A DNA stretch of 64,000 nt from positions 24,748 to 88,747 of the forward strand of contig JAKUNM010000002.1 in the NCBI GenBank assembly GCA_022451865.1, written 5' to 3'. The notes beneath the pieces are model-generated. The model was not told the DNA's origin. It did no database searches and saw only the letters and a program-made list of their open reading frames with translations. Positions within the stretch are counted from its first letter, which is position 1, and every line of letters begins with the position of its first letter. The translations under genes were made by a program, and so were the position numbers. This stretch comes from Dehalococcoidia bacterium. GTDB taxonomy: Bacteria > Chloroflexota > Dehalococcoidia > UBA2979. This document shows, one piece after another, positions 48,547 to 58,279 of the stretch.

Positions 48547-49312
48547 AAATTTCTCTTATATCGAACATTGGGCCATCACTACATATTAATTTTACCCCAC
48601 CTTTTCTTGGAAAAACTGCACAGGAATAACAAATTCCAAAACCACATGCCATATGCTCTTCCATTAAAACTTGGATTGATTTTGAAGACCCAGTCTCAAG
48701 TAATATTCCATAAAGTGCCTCAAACATCGGTCTTGGTCCACATGAAAAAACTTGATCACTCCAAGATAGCAAGTCTTTAAAAGGGTCTGTTAGAAGACCT
48801 TTTTGACCAAAGCTACCATCTTCAGTTGTCGCTATAATTTCTACACTTGGTGGTAATAGCTCGGGAGGAAAAATTTGGTTTTTTGTTCTTCCACCTAAAA
48901 GGAGGGTCACGTCTTTCTGTTGTGTAGAAAGATTATCAGCCAACCATATCAATGGTGCACATCCTATTCCTCCACCAACTAATAAGGTTCGTTGTGTGTT
49001 TGGTTCTATTTCATATCCATTTCCTAATGGACCTACAAAACGTATTTTCTCTCCTGGATTTCGCTGAGATAACCAATGTGTCCCTTGCCCAGTATCTTCA
49101 AAAAGTAATGCAAATTCTTTATCGTTACCGTTGTTTCGTAATCGATGAATTGACAAAGGTCGCCCTAGAAGAGGGGCATACGTGTCGCCAATATATACCA
49201 TTAAGAATTGACCAGGGAACATAGAAATTCCTGCAGGGCTATCAATCCACAAAATATATGTATTACCGTATAAAAGAGAACTTTCTTTCACTTCTGTTAT
49301 GTAACTTTGCAT
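48539..49312 (-). CDS. pyrK: Dihydroorotate dehydrogenase electron-transfer subunit
   Basis: RPLSI (FAD binding), VGGGIGCAP, and the C-terminal 2Fe-2S motif CGFGICYSC...CSDGP. I use the ATG at 49312 (MQSYITEV) rather than the track start at 49387, which would overlap the HAD gene. Confidence 0.85.
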   Translation of the reverse strand: MQSYITEVKESSLLYGNTYILWIDSPAGISMFPGQFLMVYIGDTYAPLLGRPLSIHRLRNNGNDKEFALLFEDTGQGTHWLSQRNPGEKIRFVGPLGNGYEIEPNTQRTLLVGGGIGCAPLIWLADNLSTQQKDVTLLLGGRTKNQIFPPELLPPSVEIIATTEDGSFGQKGLLTDPFKDLLSWSDQVFSCGPRPMFEALYGILLETGSSKSIQVLMEEHMACGFGICYSCAVFPRKGGVKLICSDGPMFDIREIYA

Positions 49313-49322
49313 GTGCCTACTC

Positions 49323-49985
49323 TCATCTGTGAAGTATGATTTCTTCAACTTCAACAAGATTGCTTGCGATATGAGTCGCGCCAGCATTTTTTAATTGTGA
49401 TGCGTTTCGTGAGCCAAGTAACCCGATTAAAGATTTAACTCCAGCATTTTTTCCAGCTGCCATATCGTATTCTGTATCTCCAACAAATATAGAATTTTGC
49501 GGTTCAGAATTACATCTATTTAAAGCGTATATAGTACCTTCAGGATAAGGTTTCGGTAGTTTTTTTGTATCTCGACCAACAATAATCTTGAATTGTTTTA
49601 TCCAATTAAGCTCTTTTACAACACTTTTCGCATCGTATTCTGTTTTGTTGGTTACAATCGCAAGTGAAAAGTGATTTTTATATAAATTATCGATTAAGTT
49701 ATTTGCACCATCTAGTGGTAATATTTCATGAAGATAGTCTTTTCGATAAATATTAAGGTAGTGCTCATAAATTCTATTTATTTCACTAGAATTTTCATTT
49801 GTTAATTCCTCTACAACTTGGATCATAGGGGCTCCAATTCGAGGAAGTATATTATCAATTTTTATATCATATCCGAACTCTGCTAGAGTTTTTTTCATGG
49901 CTAGCCCTATGCCATTCAATGAATCAACTAAAGTTCCATCTAAATCAAAAATTATTGTTGAACTATGTTTTTCCAAATTTAGCAA
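49323..49985 (-). CDS. HAD-superfamily hydrolase (phosphoglycolate phosphatase-like subfamily IA)
   Basis: Motif I is IIFDLDGTLVDS. Motif II is VTNK. Motif IV is VGDTEYDMAAG. Confidence 0.8.
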   Translation of the reverse strand: MLNLEKHSSTIIFDLDGTLVDSLNGIGLAMKKTLAEFGYDIKIDNILPRIGAPMIQVVEELTNENSSEINRIYEHYLNIYRKDYLHEILPLDGANNLIDNLYKNHFSLAIVTNKTEYDAKSVVKELNWIKQFKIIVGRDTKKLPKPYPEGTIYALNRCNSEPQNSIFVGDTEYDMAAGKNAGVKSLIGLLGSRNASQLKNAGATHIASNLVEVEEIILHR

Positions 49986-49991
49986 TATGTA

Positions 49992-52900
49992 TTATCCATC
50001 TCGATATTCTATTAATGGCTGAATGTCATATGAAATACTTTCCATCAGCATCCCTATAGCAGTTGACGCTGTATCAAGTGAGGTAAAACAGGGTATTCTT
50101 TGTTCAGTAGCTGCTCGCCTTATATGGAACCCATCTCTGATAATTTCCTCTCTTCCACCTTCTATTGTATTGATCACTGCTTGGACCGTCCCATTGCGAA
50201 TAATATCAACGACATTTGGATGTCCTGCCAGTAATTTTGTAACTTGTTTTACAGGAATTTTTAACCCTTCTATGAGTGCAGATGTGCCTTCTGTTGCATA
50301 AATTTCACATCCTGCTTCAAAGATTTTTCTGATTAAAGGTATCGCTTCTGTTTTTGTTTGATTGGATAAAGATAGCAAAAATTTATCTCCGGGTTTTACT
50401 ACTAAATCTGAAGAAATTAAGGCTTTGGTTACAGCTGAATTGAAAGTTCTATCAATTCCCATTACCTCTCCAGTTGATTTCATTTCAGGTCCAAGATGCG
50501 TATCTACATCAGTTAGCTTAGACATTGAAAAGACAGGTGCTTTCACTGCCACTAGATTTCTTTCTGGCCATAGTCCATTTGGATATCCTTGATCAGATAA
50601 TGATTCTCCTAAACTAACTTTTACTGCTAGTTCTACCATTGGAACTCCTGTAATTTTCGAAATAAATGGGATAGTTCGTGAAGATCGTGGGTTTACTTCA
50701 ATAACGAAAACATCAGAATCTTTGCTATCTGATGGGATTACAAATTGGACGTTCATTAAGCCTTTGACATTAAGCCCTTTCCCCATGCGTATGGTGTATT
50801 CAATAATTTTTTTGCGATGATCATCTGAAAGATTCTGTGGAGGATAAACTGCAATAGAATCACCTGAGTGAACTCCTGCACGTTCGATATGTTCCATAAT
50901 GCCAGGTATTAATACGTATTCACCATCACAAACTGCATCTACTTCGAATTCTCTCCCACTAAGATATTTATCGATTAGTACAGCACCAGTTTCTTCTGCA
51001 ATAGCTGCAGCAAAAAAATGGACTAATTCATTTGCGTCCTGGACGATTTCCATTGCTCGGCCTCCCAGAACATAAGAAGGACGTACCAGTACAGGGTATC
51101 CAATTGCATCTGCAGTTGTTAATGCCTGTTCAAGGTTATCTACTGCAGCACCCGGAGGTTGCGGCACATCAAGTTCAGATAAAATTGCCTCAAATCTACT
51201 TCGATCTTCTGCAAGATCTATCGAATCTGCAGATGAACCTGCAATTGGTAATGCTGCATTTGCAAGACGTTGTGCCAAATTTACAGCCGTTTGCCCACCG
51301 AACTGAACAACAGAAGAAGGCGCTTCTCCATATGAGCCACTTTCATTATCTAGTAAATCACGGATAGATTCTTCATCTAATGGTTCGAAGTAAAGTCTGT
51401 CTGATGTGTCAAAATCTGTAGAAACAGTTTCAGGATTTGAATTAGCTAATATCGACTGTATACCTGCTGAACGTAAAGCTTGCGCAGCTTTAACTGAGCA
51501 GTAGTCAAATTCTATGCCTTGACCGATTCTTATAGGGCCAGAACCAATGACTAACATTTTTTCAACAGGCTCAGGGATTGCTTCATTTTCTTGCTCATAA
51601 GTGCTGTAATAATAAGGTGTTAGGGCTTCAAATTCTCCAGCACAAGTATCTACCATTTTATATACGGGTCTGATTTCCCATTCATTACGGAGAGATCTCA
51701 CTTGCTCTGGTAAACGATCTGCCAAGGTAGCAATTTGCACATCACCAAACCCTAATCGCTTTGATTCAAAGAGCAATTGTGGTGTTAATTCTTCAGATAG
51801 CAGTCTATGTTCCATTGTTACTATTCTCGCAAGTCGTTCAATAAACCAAGGATCGACTTGACTTGATTTACAAATCTTTTCAATCGACCAATTTCTTCGG
51901 AGTGCAGCAAGAAGTGCCCAAAGACGTTCGTCAGTAGCTTCAAATGGTATAGTTTCTGTCCATTGAGAATTTTCCCAAAGAATAGAGCGTCCACTTATTT
52001 CAAGAGATCGAATAGCTTTTTGGATGGCTCCTTCAAAAGTGCGGTCGATAGCCATCACTTCTCCAGTAGCTTTCATTTGTGTTCCCAAGTTGCGATTACC
52101 CAATTGAAATTTATCAAACGGCCAACGAGGAATTTTTACGACACAATAATCAAGAGCTGGTTCGAATGCAGCACTTGTCTTTTCTGTCACACTGTTTGAA
52201 ATTTCATCAAGATTTTTCCCGATTGCAATTTTTGCTGCGACTCTAGCAATAGGATAACCAGTAGCTTTAGAAGCCAAGGCAGAAGATCTTGAGACTCTAG
52301 GATTTACTTCGATAACAAAATATGGAGGATCATTGTTTTGATCTGAATTGTCCCACGAAACGATATCAGGACGAGGTGCCAATGCAAACTGTACATTACA
52401 TCCACCTTCAATATCTAAGGCTCTAATGATTTTAAGTGCACTGTTTCTGAGCATATGATATTCACGATCTGATAGTGTTTGGGAAGGCGCGACAACTATT
52501 GAATCTCCCGTATGTACCCCCATCGGATCAAGATTTTCCATATTGCAAATAGTGATACACGTATTATTAGCATCACGCATTACTTCGTACTCGAGCTCTT
52601 TCCAGCCTAAAAGCGATTGTTCAACAAGAACTTGTCCGATTGGTGATGCACGGAGTCCGGATTTAGTGATTTGTTCATATTCTTCGTCAGTATGTGCTAT
52701 CCCTCCTCCTGTTCCTCCTAAAGTATAGGCTGGGCGAACTACAAGAGGGAGACCAATTTCTTCTCGCGCACTTATAGCGTCATCCCATGATTCTACGATG
52801 TAGCTGTGTGGAGTAGGTTCTCCAATTTTTTTTAGTAAGTTACGAAATTTTTCTCGATCCTCTGCCATTTCGACAGTTTCCAAACTCGATCCAAGTAGTT

Positions 52901-53240
52901 CAACATTGTATTTTTCCAGAATTTTTGCATTTGCAAGATCTCGTGCAAGGTTTAACCCAGTTTGTCCACCTAGTGTTGGTAACAAAGCATCAGGTCGTTC
53001 TTTTGCTATGATCCTTTCCAGTACAGGAACAGTGAGTGGTTCTATATAAGTTATGTCAGCAATTCCCTGGTCTGTCATTATGGTTGCAGGGTTAGAATTA
53101 ACTAATATAGATTTGATCCCCTCCTCTTTCATAGCTTTACAAGCTTGAGTTCCTGCATAATCAAATTCTGCAGCTTGACCGATAACGATAGGTCCGCTAC
53201 CAATAATTAAGACTGAGTTAGGTCGTGATGAAGATTTCAG
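49992..53240 (-). CDS. carB: Carbamoyl-phosphate synthase large subunit
   Basis: Two ATP-grasp halves plus an MGS-like C-terminus. The track ORF begins at an internal ATG (53132). The 36 in-frame codons upstream encode the conserved N-terminus [28 protein letters not shown]. The only plausible initiator is a CTG at 53240-53238, with AAGGA 8 nt upstream. Confidence 0.9.
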   Translation of the reverse strand: MKSSSRPNSVLIIGSGPIVIGQAAEFDYAGTQACKAMKEEGIKSILVNSNPATIMTDQGIADITYIEPLTVPVLERIIAKERPDALLPTLGGQTGLNLARDLANAKILEKYNVELLGSSLETVEMAEDREKFRNLLKKIGEPTPHSYIVESWDDAISAREEIGLPLVVRPAYTLGGTGGGIAHTDEEYEQITKSGLRASPIGQVLVEQSLLGWKELEYEVMRDANNTCITICNMENLDPMGVHTGDSIVVAPSQTLSDREYHMLRNSALKIIRALDIEGGCNVQFALAPRPDIVSWDNSDQNNDPPYFVIEVNPRVSRSSALASKATGYPIARVAAKIAIGKNLDEISNSVTEKTSAAFEPALDYCVVKIPRWPFDKFQLGNRNLGTQMKATGEVMAIDRTFEGAIQKAIRSLEISGRSILWENSQWTETIPFEATDERLWALLAALRRNWSIEKICKSSQVDPWFIERLARIVTMEHRLLSEELTPQLLFESKRLGFGDVQIATLADRLPEQVRSLRNEWEIRPVYKMVDTCAGEFEALTPYYYSTYEQENEAIPEPVEKMLVIGSGPIRIGQGIEFDYCSVKAAQALRSAGIQSILANSNPETVSTDFDTSDRLYFEPLDEESIRDLLDNESGSYGEAPSSVVQFGGQTAVNLAQRLANAALPIAGSSADSIDLAEDRSRFEAILSELDVPQPPGAAVDNLEQALTTADAIGYPVLVRPSYVLGGRAMEIVQDANELVHFFAAAIAEETGAVLIDKYLSGREFEVDAVCDGEYVLIPGIMEHIERAGVHSGDSIAVYPPQNLSDDHRKKIIEYTIRMGKGLNVKGLMNVQFVIPSDSKDSDVFVIEVNPRSSRTIPFISKITGVPMVELAVKVSLGESLSDQGYPNGLWPERNLVAVKAPVFSMSKLTDVDTHLGPEMKSTGEVMGIDRTFNSAVTKALISSDLVVKPGDKFLLSLSNQTKTEAIPLIRKIFEAGCEIYATEGTSALIEGLKIPVKQVTKLLAGHPNVVDIIRNGTVQAVINTIEGGREEIIRDGFHIRRAATEQRIPCFTSLDTASTAIGMLMESISYDIQPLIEYRDG

Positions 53241-53974
53241 TTGTGGTATCCTTTGCGATGTTCAGCACCTAAGAGTGGAATTTCAGCTATAACGTCTAAA
53301 TCCAAATAGTGGTCGTGAGGTTGGATAGGCACTCGTGCTAATTTCATCAAATCTAGATTGAATGTTCCAGCATCGATCGAGCGATAATTTTCTAACTTAC
53401 TGATAAGTTTTTCTTTATCACCCTGGCCAGTTGTATATGCAATATCCATAGTCGGGATAAAAGTTTCACTAATTGTATTATTCATTTTTTTGCCTATAAA
53501 AGGTACTCCTAAACTAATTTGCTTTCTTAACTCTTGATAACATCCATTATCAAATATATTAATATAAACACGGCCATCAGAAGAGATAGATAAGTTTCGA
53601 ATTTCTATTGAAAAAGGTTCAACTCGACGTATACGTGGCGCTGCATTAACATAAAATGATTCTACCTGCGACCATAAAACATCTAATGGGCTTAGAAATC
53701 CAACATGAATATAGGTCATATGGATCCAATTAAGAGGTGGGACTTCTAATTCCTCTAGTTCTGCAAGTTCGTCCATTAAGTTTTGAATTGGATTAAGCTG
53801 TTCTGGGTATTCCAAACCTAAAGGCTGAATGAATTGGATAGGTATCCTCCAATTTTCTGAAGATTCTTCCCATTTACTCCAGTAGTCAGTCAGTTGGGAT
53901 GTCGATGACAAAAAATAGTCCCAATCATCTTGGCTCTTTTGTTCGTATAGCTGGTGACTTTCTGAGAGGCTCAT
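53237..53974 (-). CDS. Hypothetical protein between carA and carB; C-terminal ~150 aa resemble a 2H-phosphoesterase (LigT-like) fold with only the first HxT motif intact
   Basis: 245-aa ORF on the same strand as the operon. [13 protein letters not shown] matches the H-x-T-x4-G motif 1. At the motif 2 position [10 protein letters not shown] has H replaced by T and T replaced by D. The N-terminal 90 aa are rich in W, E and Q. Confidence 0.4.
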   Translation of the reverse strand: MSLSESHQLYEQKSQDDWDYFLSSTSQLTDYWSKWEESSENWRIPIQFIQPLGLEYPEQLNPIQNLMDELAELEELEVPPLNWIHMTYIHVGFLSPLDVLWSQVESFYVNAAPRIRRVEPFSIEIRNLSISSDGRVYINIFDNGCYQELRKQISLGVPFIGKKMNNTISETFIPTMDIAYTTGQGDKEKLISKLENYRSIDAGTFNLDLMKLARVPIQPHDHYLDLDVIAEIPLLGAEHRKGYHN

Positions 53975-53997
53975 AAATTATTTCTACGCACCCTTCT

Positions 53998-55116
53998 TTA
54001 TTTTTGTTCCATAGATTGTACAAATTGATCAAACAAAAATTCCGTATCATTTGGTCCGGGCGAAGCTTCAGAATGATATTGGATTGTAAAAACCGGCTCA
54101 TTCTTATGTGCTAAACCTTCTACAGTTCCATCATTTAGATGTGTTTGAGTAACGACAATATCAGAACCGAGATGATCATCAATGGCGTAACCATGGTTTT
54201 GTGAGGTGATGTAGACAGCACCATTGATATTATCTTTTACAGGATGATTTGCTCCACGATGACCAAATTTTAGCTTATAGACATTCGCCCCAAAACTACG
54301 TCCGATAATTTGATGTCCTAAACATATCCCCATAATGGGGAATTTTCCGATCAATTTTTGCGTAGTTTTTACAAGATCATCAAGCATTCTAGGATCTCCA
54401 GGTCCCGGTGAAAGTAAGATTCCATCAGGGGATAGATCGAATATCTCATCAATATTTGTTTGAAAAGGTACAACAGTGATTTTGCAATTCTGTGTTTTTA
54501 ATATATTCAGAATATTGCGCTTCACTCCTAAATCGATCACTACTACATGTTTTTTTTCGATGTCTTGCTTAGCAGGCAGATCCCATTCAAATCGATTTAT
54601 TGTCGAAACTTCTTTTACAAAAGAAGCACCTTCATATTTTGGTTCATTTCTGAGTCTTTCATATGCTTCTGGAGGAGGCTCATCATGTGTAATTGTCCCC
54701 ATCAATACTCCATGTGCACGGAGATGCTTAGTTAATGCACGTGTATCAATTTCTGCAATACCAGTTATGTTTGCTTTTTCAAGATAAGAATCTAATGAGT
54801 TAGAACTTTTCCAATGTGAAGGAAGGTTAGTTAACTCTTTAACTATGAATCCTCTAACTTGAATATTTTCACTTTGTGAAAAAGTATCATGAGTACCATA
54901 GTTACCTTGAAGAGGGTAAGTCATAGTCAGTAATTGTCCACGAAAAGAAGGGTCAGTAAGTGCCTCTTGATATCCAGTCATTGATGTTGAAAACACAACT
55001 TCTCCTGAAGTATGTCCATAAGCACCAATTGACTTACCAGGAAAAACCTTACCATCTTCTAGAATTAGGTACGCAGATGATGAAAGATAGCGTTCGGTAT
55101 AATCATTCAGAGGCAT
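53998..55116 (-). CDS. carA: Carbamoyl-phosphate synthase small (glutaminase) subunit
   Basis: LILEDGKVFPG and the GATase triad region GICLGHQ...HGYA..., followed by QYHSEASPGP. The ATG at 55116 has AAGGAG 7 nt upstream. The track start at 55140 is also possible. Confidence 0.9.
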   Translation of the reverse strand: MPLNDYTERYLSSSAYLILEDGKVFPGKSIGAYGHTSGEVVFSTSMTGYQEALTDPSFRGQLLTMTYPLQGNYGTHDTFSQSENIQVRGFIVKELTNLPSHWKSSNSLDSYLEKANITGIAEIDTRALTKHLRAHGVLMGTITHDEPPPEAYERLRNEPKYEGASFVKEVSTINRFEWDLPAKQDIEKKHVVVIDLGVKRNILNILKTQNCKITVVPFQTNIDEIFDLSPDGILLSPGPGDPRMLDDLVKTTQKLIGKFPIMGICLGHQIIGRSFGANVYKLKFGHRGANHPVKDNINGAVYITSQNHGYAIDDHLGSDIVVTQTHLNDGTVEGLAHKNEPVFTIQYHSEASPGPNDTEFLFDQFVQSMEQK

Positions 55117-56455
55117 TGACTTGCTCCTTGGTAGAATCATTTACTATTTCCCCAGAAAAAATTGTTTTGATTACTAAACCTTTTAAGGATTTTCCATTTA
55201 GAGGTGTGTTTTTCCCCAAAGAAGCAAATAAATCTGAATTTACCGTCCATTCTAGATTCGGATCAATAATTGCTACATCTCCCACAGCTCCTGGCATTAA
55301 TGTGCCTAAGCCATTACAACCTTCCTGTCTGTCTAAATTCCATGCTCGTACAGGACCGATAGTCATGCGGTGAATTAATGTCGGAATATCTAAATGGCCT
55401 TTGTGGACTAGATTCATTGATAAAGCAAATGCAGTTTCAATGCTACTAATTCCCGGAGTTGCAAGATCAAATTCTATATCTTTTTCCATTGCACTAACTG
55501 GTGAATGATCAGTTGCAATAGCATCGATTACTCCATCAGCTAAAGCATCGACCAAAGACTTTATATCTTCCTCTTCTCGCAATGGTGGCTCTACCTTCGC
55601 GTTAGTTCTGTAATTAATTTGTTCATATGAGCCGTTAAAAGCTACCAATTCATGCGTTAAGTTGAGATGATGCGGCGTCACGGAAGTAGTAATATTCACA
55701 GATCTTTCTTTGGCTGCACGAATCAACCCTACAGAGCTAGCAGTAGATATATTACAGACATGCAGATGAGCTCCTGTTAATTCTGCTAAAGCAATATCAC
55801 GCGCTACCATAGTGGCTTCACCACTTGCAGGTCTACCTCGTAAACCTAGGCGCGTTGCTACCCATCCTTCATGCATCTGCCCACCTTTGACAAGGGAAGG
55901 ATCTTCAGGGTGTTGCGCGATTGGAATGTTAAACTGAGTAGAATATTGCAGAGCATGACGCATTAAGTTGGGGTCAGCAACTGCTTTCCCATCATCAGTA
56001 AGTGCTACTACTCCTGAAGATTTTAACTCTCCAGCAGGAGCAAGTCGATCCCCATTTCTTCCTACAGTTATACATCCTATAGGGAGAACTCGGATTAATG
56101 CAGATTCTTCAGCTTCTCTTAAAACAGACTCTACAGCAGACCTACTATCCATAGGGGGGATTGTCCCCGGCATAGCACAGACCGTAGTGAACCCTCCACG
56201 CGCTGCGGCTAATGTGCCAGAATTAATAGTTTCTTGATGCTTAAAACCAGGTTCTCTGAGATGTGTTTGTAGATCAATGAAACCAGGAGAAACTATAAGA
56301 CCAGTGGCGTCTATTCTATCTGCTTCAACTACCATATCCCCTTCATTAGGTCCGACCCTTGCAATTTTCCCATCGACTATGACTACATCAGCAATACCGT
56401 CCCATCCAAGAGCAGGATCAATGACTCTACCATTATGAATTGCGAGTGTACTCAT
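55103..56455 (-). CDS. pyrC: Dihydroorotase
   Basis: GFIDLQTHLREPG, ATDHSP and overall amidohydrolase organisation. 450 aa. Confidence 0.9.
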   Translation of the reverse strand: MSTLAIHNGRVIDPALGWDGIADVVIVDGKIARVGPNEGDMVVEADRIDATGLIVSPGFIDLQTHLREPGFKHQETINSGTLAAARGGFTTVCAMPGTIPPMDSRSAVESVLREAEESALIRVLPIGCITVGRNGDRLAPAGELKSSGVVALTDDGKAVADPNLMRHALQYSTQFNIPIAQHPEDPSLVKGGQMHEGWVATRLGLRGRPASGEATMVARDIALAELTGAHLHVCNISTASSVGLIRAAKERSVNITTSVTPHHLNLTHELVAFNGSYEQINYRTNAKVEPPLREEEDIKSLVDALADGVIDAIATDHSPVSAMEKDIEFDLATPGISSIETAFALSMNLVHKGHLDIPTLIHRMTIGPVRAWNLDRQEGCNGLGTLMPGAVGDVAIIDPNLEWTVNSDLFASLGKNTPLNGKSLKGLVIKTIFSGEIVNDSTKEQVNASE

Positions 56456-57510
56456 ACTGTTGTTCTTTCATTTATTTGCGTCGGTTCTACTCGTCCAGAT
56501 AATAAATACAGGAGGGCCATTCGCACAGCGACTCCATTAGTAACTTGCTCTTCAATAATTGATCGATCACCTCGTGCAACATCACTTGCGATTTCTATAC
56601 CTTCATTTTTTGGACCGGGATGCATCAGTAAATAGTCAGACTTTGCTTTAACCAATCTAGAACTTGTTACTTGATAATTTTCTGCGTATTCCCTCAAAGA
56701 GGGAAGTAGCCCATTTTCTTGTCGTTCACTTTGTAGTCTCAATGCCATTACGACATGTGCATCTTCCAATGCTTTATCTATATCAGTCTCGATTTGAACA
56801 AAAGGCAAAGCATTTTTTGCATGCTCTGGTCGTTCGGATACACCTAAACCTCTTGGTAGTAGAGTTGGTGGACCACAAAGTACAACTTGTGCTCCCATTT
56901 TTGACAAACCCCATAAATCAGATCTTGCGACTCTAGAATGTGCTATATCACCTACCATGACAACCTTTTTATTTTTAAGGTCTCCTACATGCCTTTGCAT
57001 TGTGTACAGATCTAGCAGTGCTTGTGTAGGATGAGCGTGTGCACCATCTCCAGCATTGATTATAGAAGCGTCTGTGTGTGAAGCAGCTAAGTAAGGTGCA
57101 CCAGCCATTTCATGTCGAATGATAATTGCGTCTGAGCGCATAGCACGCAATGTTCGTACAGTATCTATTAATGACTCTCCTTTTTGTACAGAAGAGCTAG
57201 AAGCACTTACGGATATTACATCTGCCCCTAACATTTTCCCTGCTAATTCAAATGAAGCACGAGTGCGAGTTGAAGGTTCAAAAAAGAGATTTACAATTGT
57301 GTACCCTCTTAAAGCGGGGACACGTGGAATTCTTCGATCAAGAATTTCACGCATTCGATCTGCCAAAGATAATACTGTGGTAATTTCTGTGTGTGAAAAA
57401 TCATCTAAGTCTAGTACGTTATGGTGGTTCCATTGATTTTTCGACAGAGCATTACTCATATCCTCGAGTTGATTATCAATAGGTTCAGTAGTCATTTGAA
57501 GGACCACCAT
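56452..57510 (-). CDS. pyrB: Aspartate carbamoyltransferase catalytic subunit
   Basis: STRTRASFE, HPTQALLD and HPGP are present. The start is uncertain (several ATGs between 57459 and 57510). Confidence 0.9.
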   Translation of the reverse strand: MVVLQMTTEPIDNQLEDMSNALSKNQWNHHNVLDLDDFSHTEITTVLSLADRMREILDRRIPRVPALRGYTIVNLFFEPSTRTRASFELAGKMLGADVISVSASSSSVQKGESLIDTVRTLRAMRSDAIIIRHEMAGAPYLAASHTDASIINAGDGAHAHPTQALLDLYTMQRHVGDLKNKKVVMVGDIAHSRVARSDLWGLSKMGAQVVLCGPPTLLPRGLGVSERPEHAKNALPFVQIETDIDKALEDAHVVMALRLQSERQENGLLPSLREYAENYQVTSSRLVKAKSDYLLMHPGPKNEGIEIASDVARGDRSIIEEQVTNGVAVRMALLYLLSGRVEPTQINERTTV

Positions 57511-58063
57511 ATCTTACAAATGCAGCATCATTTCCATCATGTTCTTGTAAATTTAATCTGACAGTATCATTTCTAGATGTTGGGATGTTTTTCCCAACCA
57601 TGTCGGCTCGAATTGGCAACTCTCGATGTCCACGATCGATTAATACAGCTAATCTAATTTGTCGTGGTCGGCCATAATCATTTAATGCATCCATTGCGGC
57701 TCTTACTGTTCGTCCGGTATAAAGAACATCGTCTATTAGAACGACAGTCTTACTTTCTATACTTGGTAATTCAGTTGGTAGAGGAGTACCACGTAGACCA
57801 TCTCGATCAAAATCATCACGATGCATAGTGACATCGAGATAACCTATTTGTGGAGTTACTCCTTCAAAATTTCCAATTGCTGTTCCAATGCGATCAGCTA
57901 GAGTAGTGCCTCGCGTTTGAATTCCTATAAGTACTAAATTTTCTATGCCAGAGTTGAACTCAACTATTTCATGAGCAAGACGGGTTAATGTTCGCCCAAT
58001 ACCTGCTGCATCTAGTAAGGTTTCCTCTTGATAAGTAGGATTTTGATTACTTGATTTATTCAT
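57485..58063 (-). CDS. pyrR: Bifunctional pyrimidine operon regulator / uracil phosphoribosyltransferase PyrR
   Basis: The PRPP-binding loop VVLIDDVLYTGRTVRAA and the N-terminal region LLDAAGIGRTLTRLAHEI are present. Confidence 0.9.
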   Translation of the reverse strand: MNKSSNQNPTYQEETLLDAAGIGRTLTRLAHEIVEFNSGIENLVLIGIQTRGTTLADRIGTAIGNFEGVTPQIGYLDVTMHRDDFDRDGLRGTPLPTELPSIESKTVVLIDDVLYTGRTVRAAMDALNDYGRPRQIRLAVLIDRGHRELPIRADMVGKNIPTSRNDTVRLNLQEHDGNDAAFVRYGGPSNDY

Positions 58064-58164
58064 GAACTAGCCCCTGATGTGAAGAATTAAAAGGGGAAAT
58101 AAATGGAAAAGAGTTCAATCCAAATTCATGGATATTTTGGGCAAAAAAAATTTCCATCAGTTGT

Positions 58165-58195
58165 CCTTTCCGGTCTCTCTGGGCCGGCTTAAAGG
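58165..58195 (-). promoter_or_regulatory. PyrR-binding RNA hairpin in the pyr operon leader
   Basis: The minus strand reads CCTTTAAGCCGGCCCAGAGAGACCGGAAAGG. This is a stem CCTTT/AAAGG plus CCGG/CCGG enclosing CCAGAGAGA, which matches the PyrR binding-loop consensus (CCAGAGAGG core). It is followed about 15 nt later by a T8 run (58150-58143 on the minus strand). It lies ~100 nt upstream of the pyrR ATG. Confidence 0.7.
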
Positions 58196-58279
58196 TGCAT
58201 AACTGCTACCTGAGTCATACTAACAGTCAGTATGCTCTGTGGCAAAAAATATCTTAAAATGGATAATTATTGTTTGGAA

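Noticed and set aside
50023-52728. Short ORFs antisense to carB, and similar shadow ORFs elsewhere (for example 4365-4806, 13565-13798, 15764-16125, 36414-37410, 54476-55373, 55968-57436)
   Set aside because: Each lies wholly inside a long, motif-rich gene on the opposite strand or in another frame. None has a recognisable motif or its own intergenic context.
53095-53105. Apparent extra A in an A-run that would frameshift carB just after its first ATG
   Set aside because: My hand count of the printed lines differs by 1 nt from the ORF track between about 53100 and 53240. The track, computed from the sequence, reads through in frame and the translation is a perfect CarB. I attribute the difference to my own miscount and use track coordinates.
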